From NCBI GenBank assembly GCA_902525575.1, contig CABZHU010000002.1:18326-82325 (forward strand): a stretch of 64,000 bases of DNA, written 5' to 3'. This document shows, in pieces, positions 29,917 through 40,302 of the stretch (position 1 is its first letter; every line of letters begins with the position of its first letter). Made by a program: the position numbers and the translations under genes. The notes beneath the pieces were generated by a model. It saw nothing but the letters and a program-made list of their open reading frames with translations. It had not been told where the DNA came from and searched no databases. The DNA is from an uncultured Pelagibacteraceae bacterium (GTDB taxonomy: Bacteria; Pseudomonadota; Alphaproteobacteria; Pelagibacterales; AG-422-B15).

Positions 29917-30285
29917 CTAGTCTTGATCAATTCCTTCGTTAGTTTCGGTATTATCTAAGTCGATATCAACATCACTAGTTATAACTTCATTGTCTACTTC
30001 CGAGTCTTCAAGACTAATTGTATCCTCGTCAATTTCATCTTCCAGGTCTATTTCAGTTACATCAGCTATCGACTCCGTTGCATTGCTTCCTACTAAGTTG
30101 TCATCAGCAACTGTATCTACATCATCAATGAATACTTGTTTGGCTGTAGTTGATGTTGTCTCATTTAAAGGATCTACGTATTCAGTGCCACAATGCGGGC
30201 AAATAGCTGGTTTTCGATTAAGGTCATAAAATTTTGCCTCACAATTACTGCACACAACTTTCTTCCCAAATTTTATGTCTGGCAT
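29917..30285 (-). CDS. TIGR02300 / FYDLN_acid family protein
   Basis: CSNCEAKFYDLN...CPHCG plus acidic tail; usual position between aroA and tRNA-Ala. Confidence 0.92.
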   Translation of the reverse strand: MPDIKFGKKVVCSNCEAKFYDLNRKPAICPHCGTEYVDPLNETTSTTAKQVFIDDVDTVADDNLVGSNATESIADVTEIDLEDEIDEDTISLEDSEVDNEVITSDVDIDLDNTETNEGIDQD

Positions 30286-30386
30286 ATGTAATCTCTAGAT
30301 AATTTATTGGTTAAAATTTTGACAATCTCAAAAAATATACAGTATTATCGAAGAATATCCTAACTTATTAAATTAACAATACAAAA

Positions 30387-31676
30387 GTGCTTAAATTAAA
30401 AGGTTCAATTAAAATATCTGGCGATAAGTCCATTTCACACAGAGCGCTTATTTTTGCCTCCCTTTCTACAGGTAAAGTAAAAATCTCAAATTTACTGGAG
30501 TCAGATGATGTAATGCGAACCCTAAATATTCTAAAAGAGTTGGGCATAAAAATTATTAAAAAAAAAGCACAATGGATTGTTTATGGAAATGGAACTGGTG
30601 GATATATTCAACCTGCTCAAGTACTTGATTGTGGCAATAGTGGCACAACTTCACGTTTGATGATAGGAGCAGTTTCATCTAATCCTATAAGCTGCACATT
30701 TATAGGGGATAATTCCCTAAGTAAGCGATCAATGTCAAGACTATCAGTATTTCTAGAAAAAATGGGAGCTGAAATAAAACTTACTAAAAAAGATTTTTTA
30801 CCACTCCATATAATTGGTGACATAAATCTAATTCCTATGGAACACATTATGCAAAAAGCATCCGCTCAAGTTAAATCTGCTATAATATTATCAGCTCTAA
30901 ACTTGCGAGGGAAGACTAGAATAATTGAAAAAAAAAATACACGTGATCACACAGAAAGATTATTGCGTTATCTTAAAATAAACTTCAAAAAGAAAATATT
31001 AAGCAAAAGTTCAACATCTATAGAACTTAATGGTCCATATGAGATAAAGCCAAGAAATATTATAGTAGCAAGTGACCCATCCAGTGCAGCATTTTTTATT
31101 GTGGGAGCACTGATTATTCCAGATTCCAAAATTACATTAAAAAATATAGCACTTAACAAATCTAGAATTGCTTTTATCGATGTCCTTAAAAAGATGGGAG
31201 GCAAGATAAGAATTAAAAAAACTAAAAGTATATCTGGCGAAGATGTTGGTGACATTCATGTCAAATATAGCTTACTAAATGCGATTAAAATAAAAGCATC
31301 TTTATCTCCCTATTTAATAGATGAGTACCCAATACTATCTATTGCTGCATCACAGGCCAAAGGTATTACAACTATGAGAGGATTATCAGAGCTTAGACAT
31401 AAAGAAAGTGACCGGATAAAGAGCATTGTAACGAATTTATCTAAGGTAGGCTTCAAAGTAGTTTCAAATAAAGATGATATATCTATCAAAGGATCAAATA
31501 AAATACAGATTGATAATCGAAAAAAAATAAAAACATATGGTGATCACAGAATTGCTATGTCGTTTGTAATTCTAGGTCTACTTTATAAGAATAAATTAAT
31601 TATTGATGATGAGTCCTGTATCTCAATAAGTTATCCTGATTTTAAAAATCATTTAAAAAAATTATCTTCCCATTAA
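30387..31676 (+). CDS. aroA: 3-phosphoshikimate 1-carboxyvinyltransferase
   Basis: GDKSISHRA, DCGNSGT, SAQVKS, RDHTE, ELRHKESDR, DHRIAMS. Confidence 0.97.
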   Translation: MLKLKGSIKISGDKSISHRALIFASLSTGKVKISNLLESDDVMRTLNILKELGIKIIKKKAQWIVYGNGTGGYIQPAQVLDCGNSGTTSRLMIGAVSSNPISCTFIGDNSLSKRSMSRLSVFLEKMGAEIKLTKKDFLPLHIIGDINLIPMEHIMQKASAQVKSAIILSALNLRGKTRIIEKKNTRDHTERLLRYLKINFKKKILSKSSTSIELNGPYEIKPRNIIVASDPSSAAFFIVGALIIPDSKITLKNIALNKSRIAFIDVLKKMGGKIRIKKTKSISGEDVGDIHVKYSLLNAIKIKASLSPYLIDEYPILSIAASQAKGITTMRGLSELRHKESDRIKSIVTNLSKVGFKVVSNKDDISIKGSNKIQIDNRKKIKTYGDHRIAMSFVILGLLYKNKLIIDDESCISISYPDFKNHLKKLSSH

Positions 31677-32320
31677 TGACAAAAATAATCGCAATTGACG
31701 GTCCTGCCTCTGTTGGAAAATCGACATTAGCAAAAAGACTCTCAAAAAAATTCAAAGCTCCAGTATTATATAGTGGCAAGTTATACCGAGCGGTGGCATT
31801 GGAAATCATTAAACAAAAAATCAACCTTAGTAATACTAAGGAGATATTAAAATGTATTAATTACATCAATTTAGACAATCTAAACTCTGACGAACTTTAC
31901 TCCAGTGAAGTGGATAACGTATCCTCAATAATATCAGCAAAGAAAAAAATAAGAAATAAGCTAATCACATTCCAGAGAAGTTTTCCAAAAAAATATGGAA
32001 ATAATGTTAAATTTGCAATAATTGAAGGTAGAGATATTGGTACAATTATCTTTCCTGGAGCAGACTATAAAATTTTTATGTGGGCAGCCTCAGAAATAAG
32101 GGCAAAAAGAAGATATGAACAACTCAGAAAAAATGGCAAAAATGTTAGATATAGCAAGATTTTTAGTGAAATTAACGTTCGTGATCAAAAAGATATGACA
32201 AGAAAAATTGCCCCTCTGATGCCAGCTGCAAATTCGGTATTGCTAGATACCAGTTATATTGATATAGAACAGGCTCTTAACGCAATAAAAAATATAATAC
32301 AAAAAACTAAAACCATATGA
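31676..32320 (+). CDS. cmk: Cytidylate kinase
   Basis: IAIDGPASVGKST, EGRDIGT, RAKRR. Confidence 0.95.
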   Translation: MTKIIAIDGPASVGKSTLAKRLSKKFKAPVLYSGKLYRAVALEIIKQKINLSNTKEILKCINYINLDNLNSDELYSSEVDNVSSIISAKKKIRNKLITFQRSFPKKYGNNVKFAIIEGRDIGTIIFPGADYKIFMWAASEIRAKRRYEQLRKNGKNVRYSKIFSEINVRDQKDMTRKIAPLMPAANSVLLDTSYIDIEQALNAIKNIIQKTKTI

Positions 32321-34014
32321 ATCAAGAGTCTATAGACAACAATCAAATGACAGAGTTTGACTCAATTCTTGCAGAATCAATTAGTAATTCAAAATTAAAA
32401 GAAGGTACCATAATTAAGGGAACTATATCGGAAATCGAAGATGATGCAGTAATCGTGGATATAGGTGCAAAAGTTGAAGGTAGAATTTCGAAACGTGAAT
32501 TTGCATTTCGAAAGGATCAAAAAGAACTAGTAGTTGGCGACGAAATTGATGTTTATTTAGATAAAATTGAAAATCATAATGGTGATTGTATTCTTTCTCG
32601 ATCAAAAGCAAAATCAAAAGAAATATGGGCTGAAATAGAGAAGTCTTTTGAAGCAGGTAAGTTAATTGAGGGAGTTATTACCGGAAAAGTTAAAGGTGGA
32701 TTATCATGCGAGATTGGTGTCACAGCATTTTTGCCTGGTAGTCAAATTGATACACGGCCTGTAAGAGATGTAAGTCACTTACTTGATATTCCACAAAAGT
32801 TTAAAATACTTAAGATGGATCTAAAAAGAAATAATATTGTCGTAAGTCGTAGAGCTGTATTGGAGGAAATGCATAAAGAAGTAAGGGAAGAACGTTTCTT
32901 GCAGCTAAAACTAGAGGATGTAGTTGAAGGTAAAATAAAAGCTATAACTGATTATGGAGCTTTTGTAGACTTGGGAGGTTATGACTCATTACTTCATAGC
33001 AGTGATATTACTTATAAGAGAATAGGCCATCCATCTGAAGTTCTTAAAATAGACCAGCAAGTAAAAGTAAAGATTATAAAAGTTGATCCAGAAAAGAATC
33101 GTGTTTCTGTTGGCATGAAACAACTAGAAGATGATCCATGGCTACAGGTTAAAGAAAAATTTAATGTTAATGATAAAGTAAAAGGTGTCGTAACCAACGT
33201 CACTGATTATGGAATTTTTATTGAAATTGAAAATGGAGTAGAAGGTCTATGTCACAAAGATATGCTGACATGGAGTCAGAGACAAAATTCTAAACCAGGA
33301 AATCTTTATGCAAGATCTCAAGCCGTTGATTGCCAGATCTTAGAAATTGACCATGAAAAAAGAAGGTTAAGTCTTGGAATAAAACAATTATCACCAAATC
33401 CTTGGCAGAAATTTAATGAATCCAATCCTATTGGGAGCATAATTGAGACGAATATCACAAATATTAAGGATGGGATTATATTTTGTAATCTCGAAGGGGA
33501 AATTGATGGGGCGATATTTAGTAAAGATCTTTCATGGGATTTAGATCCAAAAGAGGAAATAAAAAAATATAACGTCGGGGATAAGATTAAAGCAAAAATT
33601 ATTACCAACGACAATGATAAAGTATCGCTTTCTATTAGAGAAGTTGAGGGCAATCCATTTGATGAATTGAATGGCAAGTCAAAGGGAGATATAGTCACCT
33701 GTAATGTAATAGAAACTGGCGATTTTGGATTGAAAGTACGTATTGGAGAAAATGGTCCAATTTCAATAATTAAAAGAAATGAATTGGCTCTTCGAAAGTC
33801 AGATGCACGTCCTGAAAGATGGGCTAAGAATGATAAGTTAGATGCCACAATCACAAATATAGATCAGACAAATTATAAAATTAGTTTATCCGTACGTATA
33901 ATGGAAGAAACTACAGAACGTGAGGCTATGGAAAAGTATGGCTCAAAGGATAGTGGAGCTAGTCTTGGAGCTATCCTCGGAAAAGCTCTCGGCAGAGACA
34001 AAAAAGAAGACTAA
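32317..34014 (+). CDS. rpsA: 30S ribosomal protein S1
   Basis: Repeated S1 domains (AFLPGSQID, ITDYGAFVDLGG, RRLSLGIKQ), C-terminal GASLGAILG. Confidence 0.97.
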   Translation: MNQESIDNNQMTEFDSILAESISNSKLKEGTIIKGTISEIEDDAVIVDIGAKVEGRISKREFAFRKDQKELVVGDEIDVYLDKIENHNGDCILSRSKAKSKEIWAEIEKSFEAGKLIEGVITGKVKGGLSCEIGVTAFLPGSQIDTRPVRDVSHLLDIPQKFKILKMDLKRNNIVVSRRAVLEEMHKEVREERFLQLKLEDVVEGKIKAITDYGAFVDLGGYDSLLHSSDITYKRIGHPSEVLKIDQQVKVKIIKVDPEKNRVSVGMKQLEDDPWLQVKEKFNVNDKVKGVVTNVTDYGIFIEIENGVEGLCHKDMLTWSQRQNSKPGNLYARSQAVDCQILEIDHEKRRLSLGIKQLSPNPWQKFNESNPIGSIIETNITNIKDGIIFCNLEGEIDGAIFSKDLSWDLDPKEEIKKYNVGDKIKAKIITNDNDKVSLSIREVEGNPFDELNGKSKGDIVTCNVIETGDFGLKVRIGENGPISIIKRNELALRKSDARPERWAKNDKLDATITNIDQTNYKISLSVRIMEETTEREAMEKYGSKDSGASLGAILGKALGRDKKED

Positions 34015-34068
34015 ATATTCTTTACATTCAATTATTTACAATAAGTCTTAATATCATATAATTATTAT

Positions 34069-34389
34069 ATGAGCTTAATTAAATCTAAACTTATACAAAA
34101 TATTACTGAAGCTAATCCTCATTTATTTGTCAGAGACGTAGAAAGAATAGTTAACACGATATTTAATGAAATCACACATTCTTTAGCTGAGGGTAAGAGA
34201 GTAGAATTAAGAGGTTTTGGAGCATTTTCGGTTCAACACAGAAAAGAAAGAACAGGAAGAAATCCAAGAACTGGAGAATCAGTAAAAGTGGATGAAAAAT
34301 TTATTCCAAGATTTAAAACTGGAAAAGAATTAAGACTTAAATTGAATTCAAAAAATAATACCTCCGTTTCACAAGAAGAAGGCGATTAA
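34069..34389 (+). CDS. ihfB: Integration host factor beta subunit
   Basis: [29 protein letters not shown]; follows rpsA. Confidence 0.95.
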   Translation: MSLIKSKLIQNITEANPHLFVRDVERIVNTIFNEITHSLAEGKRVELRGFGAFSVQHRKERTGRNPRTGESVKVDEKFIPRFKTGKELRLKLNSKNNTSVSQEEGD

Positions 34390-34403
34390 CCTATAATTTT
34401 GTT

Positions 34404-35096
34404 TTGACTAATAATCCTATTTTTTGCGCTATCGATACAAGCGATATTGATAAGGCAGTAGCATTAGTTGATCAAATTTACCCTCATATAGGGGGAATTA
34501 AATTAGGATTAGAATTTTTTACGTCATGTGGTCTTCTGGGAATGGAAAAAATAAAAAAATTTGAAATTCCAATTTTTATTGATCTAAAATTATACGATAT
34601 TCCCAATACAGTAAAACAAGCGCTTAGTAATATTTTACAATTTGAACCAGAATTTACTACTTTACATCTTTCAGGTGGCTCGGAAATGCTTACTGAGTGT
34701 GTAAAAGCAAAAAACGAACTTCATAGTAGAACTAAATTAATCGGTGTAACGATGCTAACCAGCTTTAATGATACGCTCATTTCAGAGATTGGCATTGAGA
34801 AATCAGTTAATGAGAATGTAAAACAACTAACTCAACTTGCTGTCAATTGTGGTATGGATGGCATTGTGTGCAGTCCTCTGGAAATTTCTGAAGTAAAAAA
34901 TACTCATGAAAGCAAACTACAGATAATCTCTCCAGGAATTAGAGGTAAAGAGAATGCAGTAAATGATCAAAAAAGAACACTTTCAGCAAAGGAAGCGATT
35001 GACGCAGGGGCTGATATTTTAGTTGTAGGCAGGCCAATAACAGATGCTAAAGATCCTGCTAAAGCAGCTAAAAATATTTATTCAGAAATTACGTGA
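34404..35096 (+). CDS. pyrF: Orotidine-5'-phosphate decarboxylase
   Basis: DLKLYDIPNT, VTMLTS, PGIR, DQKR, VVGRPI; TTG start. Confidence 0.96.
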   Translation: MTNNPIFCAIDTSDIDKAVALVDQIYPHIGGIKLGLEFFTSCGLLGMEKIKKFEIPIFIDLKLYDIPNTVKQALSNILQFEPEFTTLHLSGGSEMLTECVKAKNELHSRTKLIGVTMLTSFNDTLISEIGIEKSVNENVKQLTQLAVNCGMDGIVCSPLEISEVKNTHESKLQIISPGIRGKENAVNDQKRTLSAKEAIDAGADILVVGRPITDAKDPAKAAKNIYSEIT

Positions 35097-35731
35097 GTGA
35101 TCTTCAAATTAAAATTTGTGGTGTTAAAAACAAAGAAATTGCAAAGCATGCAATTGATGCTGGTGCAAGCTTTATAGGGTTTATTTTTTATGAAAAATCC
35201 CACAGAAACATTACTGTTGAAAATTGCGAGGAAATTTTATCTAAGATAAAAGATCAAACCATACCTGTTGCCGTTACAGTTAATCCAGATGATAATTTAT
35301 TAGATGATTTATTGAGAATTGGTTTTCAATATATTCAACTACATGGTCACGAAACTCTTGAAATGGTCGAAAGAATAAAATTAAAGTTTGGTTTTAAGAT
35401 TATTAAAGCCTTTGGAATTTCTTCTTCTAATGACTTAGATGAATTAGTTAAATATGAGCCGTTTGTAGAATATTTCTTACTTGATTCCCCTCCTCAAGCT
35501 GACATCCAAGGTGGAACCGGGCATATATTTGATTGGAAGATAATTAAGAATTTATCGATAACTAAGAACTTTTTTCTTTCAGGAGGACTTAATAAAGACA
35601 ATATAATCTCAGCTATAAACCTAAAAAAGACTATTTATTTTGATGTTAGTTCTGGTGTTGAAGATTCAGAGGGTATAAAAGATAAACAATTAATTACCGA
35701 ATTTATTGATAAAGCAAAAAATAGTATATGA
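35093..35731 (+). CDS. trpF: Phosphoribosylanthranilate isomerase
   Basis: IKICG, QLHGHE, GGTGHIFDW, LSGGL, DVSSGVE. Confidence 0.95.
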   Translation: MSDLQIKICGVKNKEIAKHAIDAGASFIGFIFYEKSHRNITVENCEEILSKIKDQTIPVAVTVNPDDNLLDDLLRIGFQYIQLHGHETLEMVERIKLKFGFKIIKAFGISSSNDLDELVKYEPFVEYFLLDSPPQADIQGGTGHIFDWKIIKNLSITKNFFLSGGLNKDNIISAINLKKTIYFDVSSGVEDSEGIKDKQLITEFIDKAKNSI

Positions 35732-36960
35732 TCGAATTACAAAAGGGCACTCCACTTATTGATCAGCATGATGAAAACGGTTACTGGGGAGGAAAGTTTG
35801 GTGGAAATCAGATTGCAGAAAGTTTAAATCACCCAATTGAGGAATTAACTAAAGAGTTTGAGAAACTGAGAAATGACGAAACCTTCATTGCTGAGAGAGA
35901 TTTTTATTTTAAAAACTTTATAGGAGCTCCAACTCCTTTCATAAAACTAGAAAACCTTACTAAACACCTTGGTGGAGCACAAATTTATTGCAAGCTTGTT
36001 TCAAAAGCTACTGGTGGAGCACATAAAGCATATAACGCCGTAGTTCATAGTCTCATCTGTAAGAGATTAGGAAAAACTTATATTGGTGGAGATACGGGTG
36101 CAGGTTATGCAGGAAAGATGTTGAGTATGACTGCAGCAAAATTCAATTTGAAATGTAAAATATTTATGGGGTCTAAAGATATTGAGCGACAATCGATTAA
36201 TGTATTTTCAATGAGAAGTTATGGTGCGCAAGTTATTCCCGTTGATTCAGGATCTCAAACGCTTGTGGATGCTGTTTCAGAATGTATGAGATGGTGGACT
36301 AGTGAAAACGAGCAGGCACACATGTGTGTTGGCAGTACGGTTGGACCAACAATTTTTGTAAAAATATGTGCATGGTCTACTGCGCAAATTTCTAGGGAAA
36401 TGAAAAAACAAGTGATTGATGAATTTGGTGAGATCCCTAAAGACATGAAACTGATTAACTGTGTTGGAGGGGGATCTTCTGCAGCTGGGTTTTGGAATGA
36501 ATGGATAGATCATGGTAATGTTGAATTAATTGGAGTAGAAGCTGGTGGACCTGAAGGGTCTCCAATGCATGCAGCCCCTCTTACCAATAATTCTCCTTTA
36601 GGCGTTCTTCACGGAGCAACACAATATGTAATTCAAGATAATCAGGGAGAGATTGAAGAAACAGCATCTATTAGTGCGGGATTAGATTATCCAGGTGTTT
36701 CTCCTCTGCACTGTTTTCTTAAAGAAACTGGAAGAGCTAGGTATACATCGGCATCTGATGAAGAAGCAATTGATGCTTTTCAATTGGTTAGCAGAATGGA
36801 AGGTTTTGTAAGTCCTTCATTAGAGCCTTCTCATGCCTTTGCTGAAGCAATAAAAATTGCTCCATCTTTAAGTAAAGATACTATCATTGTAGTTGACTCT
36901 TGCGGAGACTCCGCGAAAGACTCAAGAATTATAGCTGAACGTTTAGGATATAAGATATGA
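35728..36960 (+). CDS. trpB: Tryptophan synthase beta chain (divergent)
   Basis: GGAHK (PLP lysine), CVGGGS, GVLHG, SISAGLDYPG; located between trpF and trpA; several canonical residues are changed. Confidence 0.88.
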   Translation: MIELQKGTPLIDQHDENGYWGGKFGGNQIAESLNHPIEELTKEFEKLRNDETFIAERDFYFKNFIGAPTPFIKLENLTKHLGGAQIYCKLVSKATGGAHKAYNAVVHSLICKRLGKTYIGGDTGAGYAGKMLSMTAAKFNLKCKIFMGSKDIERQSINVFSMRSYGAQVIPVDSGSQTLVDAVSECMRWWTSENEQAHMCVGSTVGPTIFVKICAWSTAQISREMKKQVIDEFGEIPKDMKLINCVGGGSSAAGFWNEWIDHGNVELIGVEAGGPEGSPMHAAPLTNNSPLGVLHGATQYVIQDNQGEIEETASISAGLDYPGVSPLHCFLKETGRARYTSASDEEAIDAFQLVSRMEGFVSPSLEPSHAFAEAIKIAPSLSKDTIIVVDSCGDSAKDSRIIAERLGYKI

Positions 36961-37751
36961 CTGGATCACCGCTATTAAATGCTTTTCATCAAAGTAATGC
37001 AGCTTTATTAACTTATACAGTAGGCGGAGATCCAAACAAAGAGACTTCTCTTGAAATTTTCAGGGAAATAGCCCAATCAGGTGCTGATATTATTGAGTGT
37101 GGTTTAGGTCACGGCGCGAATATTGGTGATGGAGGTGCAATTCAAGATGGTACATATAGAGCTCTTTCTAATGGCATAAAAACAAATGACGTATTTGATA
37201 TAATTAAAACATTAAGAGATGAGTTTGATACAAATGTAATCATAATGACTTATCAAAATAAAATAATGTCATACGGTGAAGATAGTTTTTTAAGCAAGTG
37301 TGTAGAGAGCAAGGTGGCAGGAATTATTTGTGTGGATTGGCCATGGCCTCTTAATCTTAATTTTGCAGCTAAATGTAAAAACAATAATATAGATTTCATT
37401 CAACTACTTTGTCCTACAACAAATGAGGAAAGGTTAAAATTAATTTTGAACGATGCTCATGATGTTGTTTATTATATTTCTATGTTATCAACCACTGGGC
37501 AAAAATTAAAAGTGAGTCCAAGTGAAATAAAGGAGAGGTTTAATTTAATTAAAACAATTGCACCTGAGAAAAAATGCATTATTGGATTCGGCATTACTGA
37601 AGAAACAATTGCAGACTTTAAGGACACTGACGCTTGTGTTGTAGGATCTGCTTTATGCAGGGAAATATCTAAGTCAGTGAATGAGGGACAGAATCCAGCT
37701 ACCAATATTGGTGCAATGGTTAAAAAACTTACAAATAAATTGAAATCATGA
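36957..37751 (+). CDS. trpA: Tryptophan synthase alpha chain (divergent)
   Basis: GDP, GADIIE, GDGGAIQ, PTT, GFGI, VVGSA. Confidence 0.88.
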   Translation: MTGSPLLNAFHQSNAALLTYTVGGDPNKETSLEIFREIAQSGADIIECGLGHGANIGDGGAIQDGTYRALSNGIKTNDVFDIIKTLRDEFDTNVIIMTYQNKIMSYGEDSFLSKCVESKVAGIICVDWPWPLNLNFAAKCKNNNIDFIQLLCPTTNEERLKLILNDAHDVVYYISMLSTTGQKLKVSPSEIKERFNLIKTIAPEKKCIIGFGITEETIADFKDTDACVVGSALCREISKSVNEGQNPATNIGAMVKKLTNKLKS

Positions 37752-38602
37752 ATTGGCTTACCAGAACAATATCAAAAGTCTTTCCACGTAAGAAGAAAAG
37801 TCTAGATATCGCAGAGAATTCCTGGATTAAATGTCCACAGTGCCAAACTATGCTTTATTCAAGTGATCTGGGGTCAACATTATTTGTATGTCCCAATTGC
37901 GATGAGCATTTACAAATTCATCCCCGTACTAGGTTTAAAGGTCTCTTTGATGGCGGAGTTTTTGAGGAAATTAAATATCCCTCAGGTTTTAGTGACCCCT
38001 TAAATTTCAAAGCTCTCAAAACTTACAAAGAAAGGTTCAATGAGGCTCGCTCTAAAACAGATATGGATGATTGCTTTTTGATCGGGTTTGGCAAAATGGA
38101 TAATTTGAATGTAACAATTGCCGCTCAGAATTTTCATTTCATGGGGGGCTCCGTTGGGGCTTCCGCTGCAGAGGCTATGATAAAAGCTGCAGAGCATTCA
38201 GTGACAAATCATACACCGTTAATTGTTATTACCTGCTCAGGCGGAGCAAGAATGGACGAAAATCAACACTCACTTCAATCTCTTCCAAAGACAACCATTG
38301 CTTGTCAAATGGTTAAGGATGCTAAATTACCCTACATTGTAGTAAATACTAATCCTACAAGTGGCGGTGTAACTGCTTCATTTGGATCTCTTGGATCTAT
38401 CACATTGGCTGAACCTAATGCACTAATTTGTTTTGCTGGACCAAGAGTTATATCCAATACTGTAGGTGAAACTCTTCCTGATGGTTTCCAGCGATCTGAA
38501 TATTTGCTTGATCATGGATTTATAGATCAGGTAGTACATAGAAAAGATTTAAAAGATAAGTTATCTCAAATTATTTCACTGTTATTAAAACGAGTTGCTT
38601 AA
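37748..38602 (+). CDS. accD: Acetyl-CoA carboxylase carboxyltransferase beta subunit
   Basis: WIKCPQC...CPNC zinc ribbon, FMGGSVG, SGGARM, GGVTASF, FAGPRVI. Confidence 0.96.
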   Translation: MNWLTRTISKVFPRKKKSLDIAENSWIKCPQCQTMLYSSDLGSTLFVCPNCDEHLQIHPRTRFKGLFDGGVFEEIKYPSGFSDPLNFKALKTYKERFNEARSKTDMDDCFLIGFGKMDNLNVTIAAQNFHFMGGSVGASAAEAMIKAAEHSVTNHTPLIVITCSGGARMDENQHSLQSLPKTTIACQMVKDAKLPYIVVNTNPTSGGVTASFGSLGSITLAEPNALICFAGPRVISNTVGETLPDGFQRSEYLLDHGFIDQVVHRKDLKDKLSQIISLLLKRVA

Positions 38603-39889
38603 TTGAGTATCTCTAATATTCAAATCGATAATCTTTTAGAAGAATTATTAAAACTACACCCTAAGAAAATCGATCTTTCTTTAGATCGAATTAAAATACT
38701 TTTAAATAAGTTAGGAAATCCGCAAAACAAAATTAACAACATATTGCATATAGCAGGTACCAACGGGAAATATTCTACACTAAGATTTATTCAAGAAATA
38801 CTCAGGTATAATAATAAGTCTACTAATGCCTATATATCTCCTCATCTGGTCAGATTTAATGAACGTTTTGAATTAAATGATAAACAAATAACAAATGACG
38901 ACTTATTTAGTCTTTTAAACAAAATTAAAAACATAAATGAAGGTTCAGAAATAACATTTTTTGAAAGTACTTCTGGGGCATTTTTTGAAGCGGCATCAAA
39001 ATCACATACTGACTATACTCTGCTAGAGGTAGGACTTGGCGGAAGACTTGATAGCACTAATGTTATAGAGCCATTAATCTCAATAATTTCATCAATATCT
39101 TTCGATCACCAGGATTTCCTGGGAAATAGTATTGAGAAAATTGCATTTGAAAAATCTGGTATTATTAAAACTAAAATTCCAGCAATCATTGGCTTTCAAC
39201 CCTATCCTGAAGCAAAAGAGATGTTGATTAATCAAGCAGAGCACAATGAAGCTCCTATTTTTGCTCATGGAATACACTGGAACATAACAGAACAAAATGG
39301 CACCCTCATTTATGAAGACAATACAATTACATTAGAATTCTCTAATTTTGATGATCAAAATGAATTTCAAAAGAAAAATATTGGGCTTGCAATTGCTGCA
39401 ATAACTCAACTACCAAACATAGAAGTAAGAGAATTCTTAAAAGATCAAAAACATAAATCTATTTATTTCCCTGGCCGAATGCAAAAAATAGAGGATGGTA
39501 AGTTATGTTCAAAAATGAAACCATCAAATGAACTTTACTTAGATGGATCACATAATGTTGATGCTGCATTTAATCTGAATAGCACACTCAAAAATTTGCC
39601 AGAAAAAAAGTTATGCATCATTATTGGAATGATTAATACAAAAGATCCTGCAGCCTATATCAGACAATTTAGCAATTGCTTCTCGATTACAACAATAACG
39701 ATTCCAAGCGAGGAAAATGCAATTCCAGCAGATGAACTCAAAAATAAACTTAAAGATCAATGTACCGAAATTGCAGTCTCAAGTTCAATTTCTAAAGCAG
39801 TAAAAAGTATTAATGAAGCAAATGAGAATACGCGCATATTAATTTGCGGTTCACTCTATCTAGCTGGAAAAGTTTTAGAAGTTAATTAA
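38603..39889 (+). CDS. folC: Folylpolyglutamate synthase/dihydrofolate synthase
   Basis: HIAGTNGK, SPHLVRFNER, EVGLGGRLDSTN, DGSHN, CGSLYLAG. Confidence 0.95.
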   Translation: MSISNIQIDNLLEELLKLHPKKIDLSLDRIKILLNKLGNPQNKINNILHIAGTNGKYSTLRFIQEILRYNNKSTNAYISPHLVRFNERFELNDKQITNDDLFSLLNKIKNINEGSEITFFESTSGAFFEAASKSHTDYTLLEVGLGGRLDSTNVIEPLISIISSISFDHQDFLGNSIEKIAFEKSGIIKTKIPAIIGFQPYPEAKEMLINQAEHNEAPIFAHGIHWNITEQNGTLIYEDNTITLEFSNFDDQNEFQKKNIGLAIAAITQLPNIEVREFLKDQKHKSIYFPGRMQKIEDGKLCSKMKPSNELYLDGSHNVDAAFNLNSTLKNLPEKKLCIIIGMINTKDPAAYIRQFSNCFSITTITIPSEENAIPADELKNKLKDQCTEIAVSSSISKAVKSINEANENTRILICGSLYLAGKVLEVN

Positions 39890-40209
39890 GCGATTGAATC
39901 TTCAATCCACTCAACAATAGCTGTCTTCGATACTGCTCCAACTTTAGTTGCTGCAGCTTCACCATTTTTAAATACAAGCATTGTTGGGATCCCTCTTACA
40001 CCATATTTAGTTGGCGTCTCTGGATTCTCATCAATGTTAACTTTAGCAACAGTAATCTTATCAGCCATTTCGTCTGAGATTTCTTCTAAAGATGGACCAA
40101 TCATTTTACAAGGACCGCACCATGGTGCCCAAAAATCAAGTACAACAGGTTTATCAGATTTTAAAACTTCTTCCTCAAAAGTTGCGTCTGTAATATTTTT
40201 CGTAGCCAT
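39886..40209 (-). CDS. trxA: Thioredoxin
   Basis: FWAPWCGPCK, GIPT. Confidence 0.97.
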   Translation of the reverse strand: MATKNITDATFEEEVLKSDKPVVLDFWAPWCGPCKMIGPSLEEISDEMADKITVAKVNIDENPETPTKYGVRGIPTMLVFKNGEAAATKVGAVSKTAIVEWIEDSIA

Positions 40210-40236
40210 AGTAATTCCTTTCTAAAGTTGATTGTA

Positions 40237-40265
40237 ATGTAAGTACGGAGAGGCCTAAAGTCAAG
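40237..40265 (-). promoter_or_regulatory. Putative trxA promoter (RpoH/sigma70 type)
   Basis: Minus-strand CTTGAC-N16-CTTACAT, followed by an AAGGA RBS. Confidence 0.5.
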
Positions 40266-40302
40266 GTTAAAGGCCGCTAAAAAAGTTATTAACCTATTGA
40301 AT

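Noticed and set aside
38603-39889. FolC P-loop variant GTNGKYST instead of GTNGKGS
   Set aside because: A single substitution with all other motifs intact; not enough to infer a change of function.
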